The notes: a model not told the origin generated them from the letters alone. 64,000 bases of DNA from an uncultured delta proteobacterium (GCA_963727445.1 CAVSGI010000015.1:160001-224000); one strand, 5' to 3'; positions 18,339 to 29,396 are shown, counted from the stretch's first letter. A program made the numbers and translations.

Positions 18339-19310
18339 CTACGGAACGGCGCAGAGGTAGCGCGTGGTCCAGTCGGCACCGCCGCGCTGATCGATCAACG
18401 TGAAATAGAAACGCACGAGCGTGCCGTCGGCGGAGAGCTCTTCGGCGGCCGGATAACTCCACTTCACGGTCGGCGCCGGGGTCATGTCGTCGATCACCGA
18501 GAACTGCCGAATGGGCGCTCCCAACGTGGAGTAGTGGGCGAAGACGAGATCCTCGCGCATGTCGCCGGTGCTGCTGGTGTAGCTCTCGCGGTCGGCGTCG
18601 TTGCCGCTGATCCCGATCTCGTCCTGCGGCGCGTCGTTGCCCATGGTGTCGAGCCCGGTCTCCGCCGCCATCGAACGCGTCGCGAGCGGCAACTCCGCCG
18701 TCCCCGCCATGGACGCGCAGCCGGTCTGTGGTGGCTCGCTCGTCGGCTCGCTCCAGGCGCTGCCCGCGAAGGTGAAGGCATCGTCGGGGATCGACGGGTT
18801 CATGTTCGCGAGCCCGTCCCGCTCGATGTGGATCGAATAGCTCACGAGCTGCCCGCCCTGCTCGCCGCCCATGCACGAGACCTCGGGGGTCATGAGATCG
18901 ACGACCGGCGTTCCGTCGGGGCAGATCACGCCCTGAACGAGCACCTCGGCGACGTCGGCGAGGGCGGTGCTGGTGACGAGGATCGGAAAGCTCGGCGTGT
19001 CGGTGCTGGGCTCCATCTGGAACTGCAGGTCGATGGGATCGCCGGTGCAGTAGCGCACGCCGGTGGGTGTGATCGCGGCGGGGCAGACCACGAAACCCCA
19101 GCCGACGCTCGGTGCGCCCGTGGGGCTGGCGAGCTGCCAGGTGATCGTCCCCATCTCGTCGAGACGCGGCCAGGCCCGCTCGGGCTCACCATCGACCTCG
19201 AAGCGCGCGCCGAGCACGCGCGTCTTCTCGATGACCTGCACCGGCGGCAGATCGTCGATGCATCCGGAGAGGAGCGCGACCACGCCGAGGCCGATGAAGA
19301 GCCCGCGCAT
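18339..19310 (-). CDS. Lipoprotein associated with the TonB-dependent receptor
   Basis: Lipobox LLSGC; RVLGAR motif; C-terminal DQRGGADW; TGATG coupling to the receptor gene. Confidence 0.8.
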   Translation of the reverse strand: MRGLFIGLGVVALLSGCIDDLPPVQVIEKTRVLGARFEVDGEPERAWPRLDEMGTITWQLASPTGAPSVGWGFVVCPAAITPTGVRYCTGDPIDLQFQMEPSTDTPSFPILVTSTALADVAEVLVQGVICPDGTPVVDLMTPEVSCMGGEQGGQLVSYSIHIERDGLANMNPSIPDDAFTFAGSAWSEPTSEPPQTGCASMAGTAELPLATRSMAAETGLDTMGNDAPQDEIGISGNDADRESYTSSTGDMREDLVFAHYSTLGAPIRQFSVIDDMTPAPTVKWSYPAAEELSADGTLVRFYFTLIDQRGGADWTTRYLCAVP

Positions 19311-21949
19311 CAGATCTCGCCCCGCACGCCCAGCGTCGGAAGGATGGGGATGCTCGGAAGGTTCACGCTCTGGGTGTAGTCGTACCCGTAGATCCGGCCC
19401 TCGGAGTTGGTGGCGTTCCAGACGTTCTGGACGTCGATGTAGAAGGCGAGAGCGAACCACTCGCTGAAGACCCACTTCTTTTCGACGCGCAGATCGAGCC
19501 GGTTGTACATCGAGGCGCGCGCGCTGTTGATCGCGCCCGGGATGGGCGTGTAGCCGATGGTGTTCGCGTTGAAGTTGCTGCCGACGAACGGCGTGTAGGG
19601 ATTGCCCGAGATCAGCCGGAGGGTGGCGCCGGCTTCCCAGCCGCGCGGGAAGCGGTAGACCGCCGCGAGCGAGAAGATGTGCGTCTGGTCGTAGTCGAAG
19701 AGGCGCCACTGGGCGCTCGGGTCGTTCGGGTGGTCGAGGCGCTCGCTGCGCATGAGCGTGTAGGAGAGAAAGCCGAACCAGTTACGGCCTGTCGGCTGCA
19801 CCCGCCCCGACACCTCGAGACCGTAGATGCGGCCCTGCCCTTCGCTCACGAAGCGCGAGCCCGTGCCGCCGAAGGTGGAGACAGCGCGGTCCCAGATGTA
19901 TTTGTAGAAGCCCTCGAGGCCGACCTTCATCCCCTCGGCCAGATCCCACTCCCAGCCGACGTCGGTGTGGAGCGCGTGCAGTGGAAGGAGGTTCGGGTTG
20001 CCGAGCTCGGGGCTCGACTCCTGAAACTCCGGCGGCTGGGTGAAGCTGCCCACGCCCGCCTTGATCCGGTGGTTGTCCCCCAGGCTCACGATGGTCACCA
20101 GGCGCGGATCGAAGGACCACCGTCGGATCTCGTCGTACCAGTCGAGCCTCAGCCCCATCACGACCTGGAGGAAGTCCCAGGGCCGGAGGTCCGCCTCCGC
20201 GTACATCGCAGGCCGATACGCGGTGCCGCTGGTTCGGATGTTCAGAGGCTGCTGCTCCTTGAACTGCCCGCCGTTGGACGGGTCCGTGCCCTCGCTCTGC
20301 TGAATGGGCGGGCCGTTGTACGTGATCGTGTACGGCGCGATGTCGATGTCGAGACCACCGATCAGCCGCACCCGTTCGGTGAGACGGCCGATCCACTCGG
20401 CGCGACCGTTCATCTGGATGATGTCGGATTGGAAGCCGAGCGCGTCGCCCACGGAGAAGTCGAGGAGCGTCGGCCCGATGGCGAACTGCACGCTCTGGTC
20501 GACATCGGGGCTGAGCTTGCGCTGCCAGCGCACGTAGGCCCGGTGGAACTGGGTCGACAGATTGAAGTTGCCGCGGATGTTGGGATCGCCCTGAGGCTGG
20601 CTGAAGATCAGCGCGAGGCGATCGCTCGAGCCGTAGACGTTGAACTTGATCTTGTCGACGTCGCTCGGCCGCCAGACCATCGTCGCCTGGTAGTCGTAGT
20701 AGACCGGGGCGGTCACGACGTCGAAGAGGTCCTTCGGGATGACGTTCTGGAAGAAGAAGTCCATGTAGCTTCGCCGCGCGGCCGCGGAGAAGGAGACGTG
20801 CTCACCCAGGGGGGCCTCGACCAGGAGCGAGGCGTCGAGGGGGAGGTTCACGTTGGCGATGGCGTGAAAGCGATCGATGGCCGGGTCGCGGGAGGTGACG
20901 TCGATCACGCCGCCGATCTTGCGGCCGTAACGCGCGGAGAAGTTGCCCGGGTAGAAGTCGATCTGATCGAGCAGCCGGGAGTTGTAGAAGCTGGTGAGGC
21001 CGCCGAAGTGGTAGAGGAGCGGCACGGGCGCGTTGTCCAGGAAGACCTGGCTCGACTGGGGGCGTGAGCCGCGGACGATGATCTGACCGCTGCCGAAGGG
21101 CGGACGCCCGACGCCCGGAAGGAGCTGGACGGTGCGGAGCGCGTCCCCGCGGGTGCCGGCGACGCTGAAGAGCTCGTCGTGGGTGATGGTGCGCCGCACG
21201 ACCTCGCGAGGCGGGGCTTCGATGCGCGCCGTGGCGCGAAACTCGAAGCCGCCCCCGAGCCCCACCAGGCGGTAGACCACCTCGGTGGCTTCACCGGCGT
21301 TGATCCGCTGGCGATCGTTCTCCTCGCCGAACTCGTCGGCGACGATGTGGATGCGATAGGTCGCGGGCGGCAGGTCGTCGAAGCGAAAGGTGCCCTGGGG
21401 GCTGACCGTCATTGTGCGCGTGACCTCGCCGTCCTCGGACTCGATCGTGACCTGAGCGCTTGTCACGGGGAGGTCGTCGCCCGCGGTGAGGATCTCGCCG
21501 GAGAGTCGACCCGGCCGCCCCGTCGTCTCGGTCGTCTGCGTCTGACCCGTCTGCGTCTCCTCCGGCGGCACCTCCACGTGACGGATCTCGAAGACGTAGC
21601 GGTAGCGTATGCGCGAGGGGATCCCGACGCCGTCGCGGCGCGCGGGCTCGAAGTGAAAGCGTTCGACCGCGGCGACCGCCGCCTCGTCGAAGCCGTGTCC
21701 GCGCGGCGTGATTACCCGCGCCTCGGTCACGTCCCCCGCGGCGTCGATGGTGACCTCGAGCTCCACCGTGGTCTCGAGCCCCTCCGCCTCGGCCGTGGGC
21801 GGATAGTCCGCCTCGACGAAGTCGACGAGCTCTGGGGGCGTCAGCACCGGCTGATGCTCCTCGCCCTCCTCCTCCGACTGCGCGGATGCAACAGGCGGCG
21901 AACCCAGGAGCGCGATCAGGCCGAAGGTGACGATCCGAAGGGCTCTCAC
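19310..21949 (-). CDS. TonB-C / carboxypeptidase-regulatory / TonB-dependent receptor fusion
   Basis: TonB_C (ADYPPTA..GHGFDEAAVAAV..FHFEPA), plug (GDALRTVQLLPGV..GSRPQ..FYPGNFSARYGRKIGGVI), and a beta-barrel ending PILPTLGVRGEI. Start may be 22021. Confidence 0.9.
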   Translation of the reverse strand: MRALRIVTFGLIALLGSPPVASAQSEEEGEEHQPVLTPPELVDFVEADYPPTAEAEGLETTVELEVTIDAAGDVTEARVITPRGHGFDEAAVAAVERFHFEPARRDGVGIPSRIRYRYVFEIRHVEVPPEETQTGQTQTTETTGRPGRLSGEILTAGDDLPVTSAQVTIESEDGEVTRTMTVSPQGTFRFDDLPPATYRIHIVADEFGEENDRQRINAGEATEVVYRLVGLGGGFEFRATARIEAPPREVVRRTITHDELFSVAGTRGDALRTVQLLPGVGRPPFGSGQIIVRGSRPQSSQVFLDNAPVPLLYHFGGLTSFYNSRLLDQIDFYPGNFSARYGRKIGGVIDVTSRDPAIDRFHAIANVNLPLDASLLVEAPLGEHVSFSAAARRSYMDFFFQNVIPKDLFDVVTAPVYYDYQATMVWRPSDVDKIKFNVYGSSDRLALIFSQPQGDPNIRGNFNLSTQFHRAYVRWQRKLSPDVDQSVQFAIGPTLLDFSVGDALGFQSDIIQMNGRAEWIGRLTERVRLIGGLDIDIAPYTITYNGPPIQQSEGTDPSNGGQFKEQQPLNIRTSGTAYRPAMYAEADLRPWDFLQVVMGLRLDWYDEIRRWSFDPRLVTIVSLGDNHRIKAGVGSFTQPPEFQESSPELGNPNLLPLHALHTDVGWEWDLAEGMKVGLEGFYKYIWDRAVSTFGGTGSRFVSEGQGRIYGLEVSGRVQPTGRNWFGFLSYTLMRSERLDHPNDPSAQWRLFDYDQTHIFSLAAVYRFPRGWEAGATLRLISGNPYTPFVGSNFNANTIGYTPIPGAINSARASMYNRLDLRVEKKWVFSEWFALAFYIDVQNVWNATNSEGRIYGYDYTQSVNLPSIPILPTLGVRGEI

Positions 21950-21986
21950 CGGGGCCGATGATAGGGGCGTCACTTGGGAGGGCAAG

Positions 21987-22445
21987 CTACTCGAAGGGAA
22001 AACCCTGGACCGAAGCGACATACGTTCCGAGCGCCACGACGACGAACGCGAGGATGGCCGCGAGGGCGTAGAAGACGGCCGCGACCTGGCGCAATCGCTT
22101 CGCTTCTCGTGGCGCCGCGAAGGCCGCGACCCCGGCGCCGAGGGCGAGGGTGAGCACACCCCAGGCCAGGTGCTCCTTCGTCTCGAAGAGCATCCCCACC
22201 TCGAAGCTGCCGAGCAGGAGCGGGCGCTTCACCACCTCGCGATAGTCCTCGTAGATGAAGATGCCCATGGAGAAGGCGAGGAAGACGACAAGCGTGGTGA
22301 GACCCACCGACCAACGCATCCCCCGCGAAAGGGGACGTCCCTTTCGAAGGAGGATCGCAGGATGGATCAGCGCGACCGCGGCCAGGACGCCGAGGTGACC
22401 GTGGATGCTCTCGAGGATCCGTAGGAGGGTCACGGGAAGATCCAC
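21987..22445 (-). CDS. Hypothetical 4-TM membrane protein
   Basis: Four hydrophobic segments; HGHLG, IHP and FETKEHLAW motifs. Confidence 0.7.
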   Translation of the reverse strand: MDLPVTLLRILESIHGHLGVLAAVALIHPAILLRKGRPLSRGMRWSVGLTTLVVFLAFSMGIFIYEDYREVVKRPLLLGSFEVGMLFETKEHLAWGVLTLALGAGVAAFAAPREAKRLRQVAAVFYALAAILAFVVVALGTYVASVQGFPFE

Positions 22446-22765
22446 GCGAGGACGGCGAAGAGGGCGACCACCACGGCCACCGTCCAGGCGGCGCGGGGCC
22501 CGAGCGCCGGCAGCCGACGCGCACCGAGGGCGAGCACCACCAACGCGGCGAGGCCGCCCCAGAACGCCGCCGTGCTCGCGCGCCAGAAGTAAGCGACGTG
22601 GGTCTGGCGAAGCATCGAGAGCGGATCGACGTCGCCGGCGAGGGCGCGGTCGATCAGTCGCTGAACGATGTATGCGACCAGGGAGCCGAGACCGAAGGCG
22701 AGGCCGGCGAGCGCCTGCGTGCTCCTACGATCGTCGCCTGCGGGCCGCGCCACGGCGCGGAGCAT
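22430..22765 (-). CDS. Hypothetical membrane protein
   Basis: Three hydrophobic segments; operonic position. Confidence 0.6.
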   Translation of the reverse strand: MLRAVARPAGDDRRSTQALAGLAFGLGSLVAYIVQRLIDRALAGDVDPLSMLRQTHVAYFWRASTAAFWGGLAALVVLALGARRLPALGPRAAWTVAVVVALFAVLAWIFP

Positions 22766-22772
22766 ACGACGC

Positions 22773-23473
<701 letters not shown>

Positions 23474-23627
23474 CTGGCTGAACCTTGCACCCGCGTTGTT
23501 TCGACAGGTGTGACGCAGCGGGTGGCGGGGTGGCAACGGGTGACCCTCGCCAGATCATTGAGTTTCCGCACCCCGGCGCGGCTTCCTTTGCGCTTTCGGG
23601 GGGCTCGCGCTAGATCGTCCGCCCTCC

Positions 23628-24735
23628 ATGGCCCTCTCGAGTCGGAATCGTCGGTCTTCCAAACGTCGGCAAGTCGACACTCTTCAACGCGCTGTCTTCG
23701 GCCGCAGGCCGAGGCGGCGAACTACGCCTTCTGCACCATCGAGCCCAACGTGGGCGTGGTGCCGGTGCCCGACCCGCGCTTCGACGCGCTGGTGCAGCAG
23801 TACACGCCGAAGAAGGTGGTGCCCGCCACGGTGGAGTTCGTGGACATCGCGGGGCTCGTCAAAGGCGCGTCGAAGGGCGAGGGCAAAGGCAACGCCTTCT
23901 TGAGCCACATCCGCGACGTCGACGCGATCGCGCACGTGGTGCGGTGCTTCGAGGACGACAACATCGTGCACGTCGATGGGCGCGTGGACCCCGCGGCGGA
24001 CATCGAGACCATCGAGACCGAGCTGATCCTCAAGGATCTGGAGACGGTGCAGAAGCGCCTCGATCGCGCGCGGCGCGCGGCGAAGGGACAGGACCCGCTC
24101 GAGAAGAAGGCGGTGGTGGTCTGCGAGGCGCTCGAGAAGATCCTCGACGGCGGCGAGCTGGCGCGGCATCTACGAGCCGAACGACGTGGACGAGGCGAGC
24201 ATCGTCCGCGACATGTTCCTGCTGACGCGCAAGCCGATCTTCTACGTGGCGAACGTCTCCGAGGAGGACGCCGCGTCACCCGACGACAACGAGCGCGTGA
24301 AGGCGGTCCGGGCGATCGGCGAACGGCGCGGTGCGCCGGTGGTCACCATCTGCGCCGCGATCGAAGCGGAGATCATGCAGCTCGCGCCGGAGGAGCGCGG
24401 CGACTTCCTCGAGTCGGTGGGGCTCGAGCGAGCCCGGGCTGAACGAGGTGATCCGCACCGGCTACCGGATGCTGAACCTGATCACCTATTTCACGGCGGG
24501 CGAGCCGGAGGTGCACGCGTGGACGATCGTCGACGGCACGAAGGCGCCCCAGGCAGCCGGCAAGATCCACACGGACTTCGAGCGCGGATTCATCAAGGCC
24601 GAGGTCATCCACTGGAAGGACCTGATCGACCTCGGCAGCGAGTCCGCCGTCCGCAGCGCCGGCAAGCTGGGCATGGAAGGCAAGGAGTACGTCGTCAAAG
24701 ACGGCGACGTCATGCACTTCCGATTCAACGTGTAG
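23628..24735 (+). CDS. ychF: Redox-regulated ATPase YchF (several frameshifts)
   Basis: [76 protein letters not shown]. Confidence 0.95.
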
Positions 24736-24750
24736 CTGAAGACGCCCGGA

Positions 24751-24985
24751 GGGGCCGCAGGCCCCGACCCGGCCGCGAAGCGGCCGCGGGGGGCGAAGGG
24801 CCGAAGGCCCGCGAGCCCCCCGCAACGAGAACCATGCCCGGCCGCACGCGAGGACCCCGAGGGGCATCGGAGCGGTCGGGGATTCGGCGACGACAATTGA
24901 CCACAGAACCTCGAGGGTCGCGGAACGAACGGGTGCTCCCACCCGCCCGGCCCCACGACCGCCTCAACCCCTCGGGGTCCTCGCG
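24751..24985 (+). repeat. Multi-hairpin intergenic element
   Basis: Hairpins GGGGCC-GCA-GGCCCC, GGCCGC-GAA-GCGGCC and GGGCC-GAA-GGCCC, plus an 18-bp perfect inverted repeat (24847-24864 / 24968-24985). Confidence 0.7.
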
Positions 24986-25040
24986 CACGGCCTTACGATT
25001 TTGCGAAATGCGCGTAGCTGGAGACGTCCGAAAGGACCCC

Positions 25041-25700
25041 TCATCCAGCCGATGCAGCTGATTTGAGGTCGCTCATGTATCGACTGAAGCTCGGACAACG
25101 CTTCGCTAACACCTCGAGGTCACACTCCGAAACGATCCGAAGGCGAGTCTCCGCGTGATCCAGCTCCTCTTCGCTGAGGGCGTTGGCCAGCCTCTTCTTG
25201 GCTTCGCCACGCTTGAGGGTCTCGGGCTTGCTCGTGCCTCGCCCAAGAGACGACACGATCTCCCCGAGACATTCCCGGTCGGCCAGAAGCCAGGACTCGA
25301 ACTCCTGAACGGAGACGGCCAACACGACTTGGAGGAGAAGCGTCTCGCGGATGTCGTCCAATAGTTTTCGACGGCCGCGATCGCCATCCTGATCGATCAT
25401 CACGATTGCCAGGTGTGGTTGAAGCCGGGGATTTGCCCACGTGAGGAGCTGGCGCAGGCGAGCGGGTTTGTGGAGGTCACTTCCCACTGGCAGCCGGCCT
25501 CGCAAGCGAGCAGGGGAGTCGAACCGGACGGCATCGACATCCAGCGCGGCCAACGCCCGCCGCGTGAGGATGTGCGCCGGGCCTAGCATGCTTTCCTTCA
25601 GCGGGCTTCCCGTTGCAGGAAGGCGGGTTTGGTTCCCACGCGTTTCGCCGGGTCCCTCGGCGTACAGAACGATCCGGATTTCCTCAGCCTGGGACACCAC
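25041..25700 (-). CDS. DUF4276/RloB-like TOPRIM-type protein
   Basis: LYAEGPGE, VMIDQDGD (DxD), VQEFESWLLAD, and C-terminal LAKRCPSF. Confidence 0.75.
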   Translation of the reverse strand: MVSQAEEIRIVLYAEGPGETRGNQTRLPATGSPLKESMLGPAHILTRRALAALDVDAVRFDSPARLRGRLPVGSDLHKPARLRQLLTWANPRLQPHLAIVMIDQDGDRGRRKLLDDIRETLLLQVVLAVSVQEFESWLLADRECLGEIVSSLGRGTSKPETLKRGEAKKRLANALSEEELDHAETRLRIVSECDLEVLAKRCPSFSRYMSDLKSAASAG

Positions 25701-26598
25701 CGGCAGTACCGGACATCCAAAGGCTGCTCAGCGACTCCTGGTGCGCTTCATACGCTTGCTTCCAGTTTTCTGAGTCGACGTCTGCGGCCTCGATGGCAAC
25801 AGAACCGTCTGTTTCGTTTCTGGTCAAGAAGCGCACCTCGGAGGGATCCAGATGGTCCAAGAGCTCACCAGATTGCGTCGCGATCAGGATCTGAATGGGC
25901 CGAGGTCCCGTCTCGCCTGACGAAACGCCGCGCAGGAACTCGACGATCTCCCCCAACAAGAATGGGTGGAGTCCGTGCTCGGGCTCTTCGATTGCTACGA
26001 GGTCTAGTGGAAACGGGAGATGCTGAATCACGAGCAAAGCCAGCACGAGGAGCGTTCCATCCGAAACGTCGCTCGGCTCGTACCAAAGACGCTCATCCCA
26101 TCTGTCTTGAAAGACGAAACGGTGCTGCCCCGTGCCCTGGGGCCTCAGCGTTACGTCATTGACCACGGGAACCAGCTGCGAAAGCGACTGGGCGATCTCC
26201 TCTTGTGTCCTCCGCGGGAGGGTTCCGAAGACATTCGCCAGGTTGTGTCCGTTCGACGACAGGAGCTTGGCTTCCTGCAGCTGAATCGGTTGGCGAAGCA
26301 CACGGGTGTCGAGGTGGAGGTAGAGACCGCCTGGCCTGGCGCTACCCTTCTGGCCTCCGTTGGCGATTTGAATGGTCTTGGGTGCGTCCTTGCCAGACTC
26401 CAGCCATCCGATCGTGCACTTCGCTTGTGGCTCGTGGCGCCACACGCTCATTTGGTTGGCCACATGTTGTCCAGCGGCAGCCTTGAGCAACGAGCTCTTC
26501 CCGCTGGCATTCGGCCCCACGAAAGCCGTGAGGGGACCGAGGTCCACTTCCGCCTCACGAAAACAGCGGTAGTTCTGCAGCTCCAGTCGCTCCAGCAC
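25684..26598 (-). CDS. AAA_21-like ABC-type ATPase
   Basis: LERLELQNYRCF, Walker A GPNASGKS, signature VSDGT, Walker B/D-loop IEEPEHGLHP, LIATQS. Confidence 0.9.
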   Translation of the reverse strand: MLERLELQNYRCFREAEVDLGPLTAFVGPNASGKSSLLKAAAGQHVANQMSVWRHEPQAKCTIGWLESGKDAPKTIQIANGGQKGSARPGGLYLHLDTRVLRQPIQLQEAKLLSSNGHNLANVFGTLPRRTQEEIAQSLSQLVPVVNDVTLRPQGTGQHRFVFQDRWDERLWYEPSDVSDGTLLVLALLVIQHLPFPLDLVAIEEPEHGLHPFLLGEIVEFLRGVSSGETGPRPIQILIATQSGELLDHLDPSEVRFLTRNETDGSVAIEAADVDSENWKQAYEAHQESLSSLWMSGTAGGVPG

Positions 26599-26676
26599 AC
26601 GAGCATTCTACCACGGCGGCAAAGCGCGCCCAGTTCGTGGGGTTCCCCGACGAATGCCCATTTCACAGGAAATGGG

Positions 26677-28644
26677 TCAAGCCCGGATGCGCTTGCGGGG
26701 GACGTCGATGTTTTCTTCGCGCTCGGTCTCGGCGCGGCGGACGCGGAGTTGAACGGTGGTGCCTTCGGGGCCCCGGATGTGGGCGAAGGTTCCGGAGAAG
26801 CCGAGCTCGGTGGCGGGGAGGCCATCGACGGCGAGGATGACGTCGCCCGGGACGAGCCCCGCTTGGTCGGCGCCTCCGCCCTCGACGACGCGGCCGATGA
26901 TCAACCCCTCGTCGTGGGCGCTCAGCACGGCGCCGATACCGACCAGCTCGGTGCCCGGCTCCTCGCCCTCTTCGGTCGACGTGAGATCGATGCTCACAAA
27001 GGACGTCGCTCCCGTCGTCGCGACCCACGAGATCAGGCGGCCGTGATGATCCTGCGCGGCGGCGAAGAGGTTCTGCAGACCCGGCGGAACGCCGGTCAAA
27101 GTGAAGTGGCCATCCTCGCCGGTCACGGCGCTGGCGAAGAGCGGGACCGCGCTGCTCCCGCCGTCGCCGAGGCTCTCCTCGAGTGAGACGCGGGCGTTCG
27201 CGAGCGGCGGGCCGTCTTCGCCAGAGACCACGACACCCTCGACCGTCCCACCCCGTCCGAGAGCGATCTCGACGTCGGTCGGCGCGCCCCCCTCCGCGAG
27301 CACGGGACGCGGCTCGCTCGCGGCGTAACCGTAGGCCGTGGCCTGGACCAGATAGCTCCCCGCGGCCAGCCCGTGCACCGTGAATCCACCGTCGGCGGCG
27401 AAGGTCGTCTCCGTGGCGATCACCTCGCGCGCCAGCGGCCCGGTCTCGCGTAGCACCACGACCGTCGACGACGCGAGGGGCTCGCCGCTCTCCTCGTCGA
27501 TCACCTTCCCGGTCAAGAGCGCCTCCGGCCCGAGGGTGAGGGTGACGTCTCGTGCCGGCGCCTCCGCGTTCACGCGCGCCGTCGCGTAGTCTGGCGCGCC
27601 GGCGGTGACCAGATGAGGGCCGACGTCGACGCCTTCGATCTCGAAACGCCCGTCGTCGTCCGTCGTCGCCTCGCCGATGGGATGCAGCGCTGCCGAGGGC
27701 TCTGCGGCGTTGTCGGGTCGCGGCACCGCACGCACCGTGACCTCGGGCATGGGCGTCCCATCGTCGGTGAGGACCTGCCCGCTGATGCGCGCGGCGACCA
27801 TGCCCGGTTGCGCCTCGCCGGAGAGCGTGATGCGCAGCTGGTACGAGGCCTGCGCCCCGAAGTCGACGCGCGCACGGCCGCGACCGGCTTCCGGATGGCG
27901 CGCCTCGAGGAGCGCCCCGTCGGCGGCGTGGAAAGTGAAGGTCCCGTCGGGGCCGCTCTCCCAGGCATTGTCGCCCGGCGGCATGGAGGCGCGCTCGGCG
28001 TCGGCCTCCGAGAGCAACCGGATGCTCGCCCCCGCGACCGGCTCGCCCTCCGCGTTCACGACCAGGCCGGAGTAGGGACGATCCGGAACCAGATAGACGA
28101 CCACCCCCTCCACGCGCTCCCAGCGCTCGGGCCGGAAGGTGAGGGGGCTCGTGTCCCACTCGGGCGCGTAGGGGCGATAGCCGTCTGCGGTGACGATGGA
28201 GAGGGTGTGCTCGGCCGCCGCGCCGGCGGAGTAGTGGAACGCGCCCTCCTCGTCGGTGTGAACGGCAACGGTGCGACCCGCCGCCGCGAAGGTGAGCTCG
28301 GCGCCGGCGATGGGCGCGTTCGTCGACCACGAAAGGACGTGCCCCGCGATGACGCCGAAGCGCGCGGAGCGGTCGGTCCGCGCCGTCGCCGGGCTGAGGA
28401 TGAGTGGCGCACGATCCGTATGTTCGCGAGGGTTCGTGCCCGCGTTCTGTGGTTGTGCCTCCGACGACTCCTCTTCCGGGGGCGGCGGCTCGGCGCCACC
28501 GGGAACGACCTCGGCGCCCATGCCCGCGCCCTCCACCGACTCCTCGATCGTGTGGCTGCGATAGTAGAGAAATCCGAGCGCCATCACGACGGCGAGGAGC
28601 ACGGTGGCGGAGACGGCGCGCTTGCAATCGGGTGGCTCGCTCAT
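26677..28644 (-). CDS. Carboxypeptidase-regulatory-like repeat protein with a C-terminal PDZ domain
   Basis: N-terminal TM; repeated G.V...G.P...A.V / TDDDGRF beta-sandwich units; PDZ LVGIGAVL...GLVPGDVILAVDG..IRGPEGTTV. Confidence 0.85.
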   Translation of the reverse strand: MSEPPDCKRAVSATVLLAVVMALGFLYYRSHTIEESVEGAGMGAEVVPGGAEPPPPEEESSEAQPQNAGTNPREHTDRAPLILSPATARTDRSARFGVIAGHVLSWSTNAPIAGAELTFAAAGRTVAVHTDEEGAFHYSAGAAAEHTLSIVTADGYRPYAPEWDTSPLTFRPERWERVEGVVVYLVPDRPYSGLVVNAEGEPVAGASIRLLSEADAERASMPPGDNAWESGPDGTFTFHAADGALLEARHPEAGRGRARVDFGAQASYQLRITLSGEAQPGMVAARISGQVLTDDGTPMPEVTVRAVPRPDNAAEPSAALHPIGEATTDDDGRFEIEGVDVGPHLVTAGAPDYATARVNAEAPARDVTLTLGPEALLTGKVIDEESGEPLASSTVVVLRETGPLAREVIATETTFAADGGFTVHGLAAGSYLVQATAYGYAASEPRPVLAEGGAPTDVEIALGRGGTVEGVVVSGEDGPPLANARVSLEESLGDGGSSAVPLFASAVTGEDGHFTLTGVPPGLQNLFAAAQDHHGRLISWVATTGATSFVSIDLTSTEEGEEPGTELVGIGAVLSAHDEGLIIGRVVEGGGADQAGLVPGDVILAVDGLPATELGFSGTFAHIRGPEGTTVQLRVRRAETEREENIDVPRKRIRA

Positions 28645-29159
28645 GTCTTCGGCACCCGCAGCTTCACGCGCACGTCGGGCTTGATCTTCAGCGTCCCCAG
28701 CATCGCCTTGTAGGGCTCGATGCCGAAGTCGGGTTGGTGCACGACGACTTCCGCCTCCCAGGTGTCGCCAGCGTCGCGAACGCGCGCGCGGATCTCGCGC
28801 GTGCGGCCGTGCAGCGTGAGGTCACCGACGACGCGCAGCGCATCGCCCTCCTCCTCGACGCGCGTCGAGCGGAACTCAATCTTCGAAAACCTCCGGGTGT
28901 CGAGGACGTCTTTTCGGATCGTGTCTTCGATCTTGCGAAAATCCGATCCGCTGAGCGCGCCCGGGTTGTCGCGCCCCGACGCGAGGCAGGTCTCGACCAC
29001 GAGCGAGGTCGGGTCGAAGGTGGCGACGACGGACCGCTCCGCCGGTGCCCCCTCGCCTTCGATCTTCAGGTCGAAACGATCGACGCGAATGCGCAGGTCG
29101 TGGGCGACCTTGGAGAGAAGGCCCTCCTTTTCGGTGAAGACGTGACAGGTCGCGGACAT
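28641..29159 (-). CDS. YceI-family protein
   Basis: FTEKEGLLSKVAHDL, VLDTRRFSKIEFRS, GDLTLHGRTR, QPDFGIEPY. Confidence 0.85.
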   Translation of the reverse strand: MSATCHVFTEKEGLLSKVAHDLRIRVDRFDLKIEGEGAPAERSVVATFDPTSLVVETCLASGRDNPGALSGSDFRKIEDTIRKDVLDTRRFSKIEFRSTRVEEEGDALRVVGDLTLHGRTREIRARVRDAGDTWEAEVVVHQPDFGIEPYKAMLGTLKIKPDVRVKLRVPKT

Positions 29160-29236
29160 CGAGGTCGCGTTCTACCATTCGACGCCATGCCGCGCTCGCT
29201 CCTGCTGGCCGCGGATCGCGGCCGTCGACCGGCGAT

Positions 29237-29274
29237 AAAAAAAGGAGGGCGGCGATCGCAGATCGCAGCCCTCC
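29237..29274 (-). terminator. Rho-independent terminator
   Basis: Minus strand: GGAGGGCTGCGATC..GATCGCCGCCCTCC hairpin followed by TTTTTTT. Confidence 0.8.
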
Positions 29275-29396
29275 TTCGTGATTGCTGGCCTCTCGAATCC
29301 GCCTGCGGGAAGCCTCGCGGCACTCCCGGCAGCGGCTGAGGGAGGTCAGGGAGCTTAGCTCGCTACCACCCCCATCGAGAGGCCAACGATACTGTG
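29237..29396 (-). ncRNA. Candidate structured small RNA or leader, about 160 nt
   Basis: Long stem (29281-29296 / 29375-29390) followed by a terminator. A sigma54-like GG-N10-GC with TTGC lies at 29407-29421 (minus strand). No credible ORF. Confidence 0.5.
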
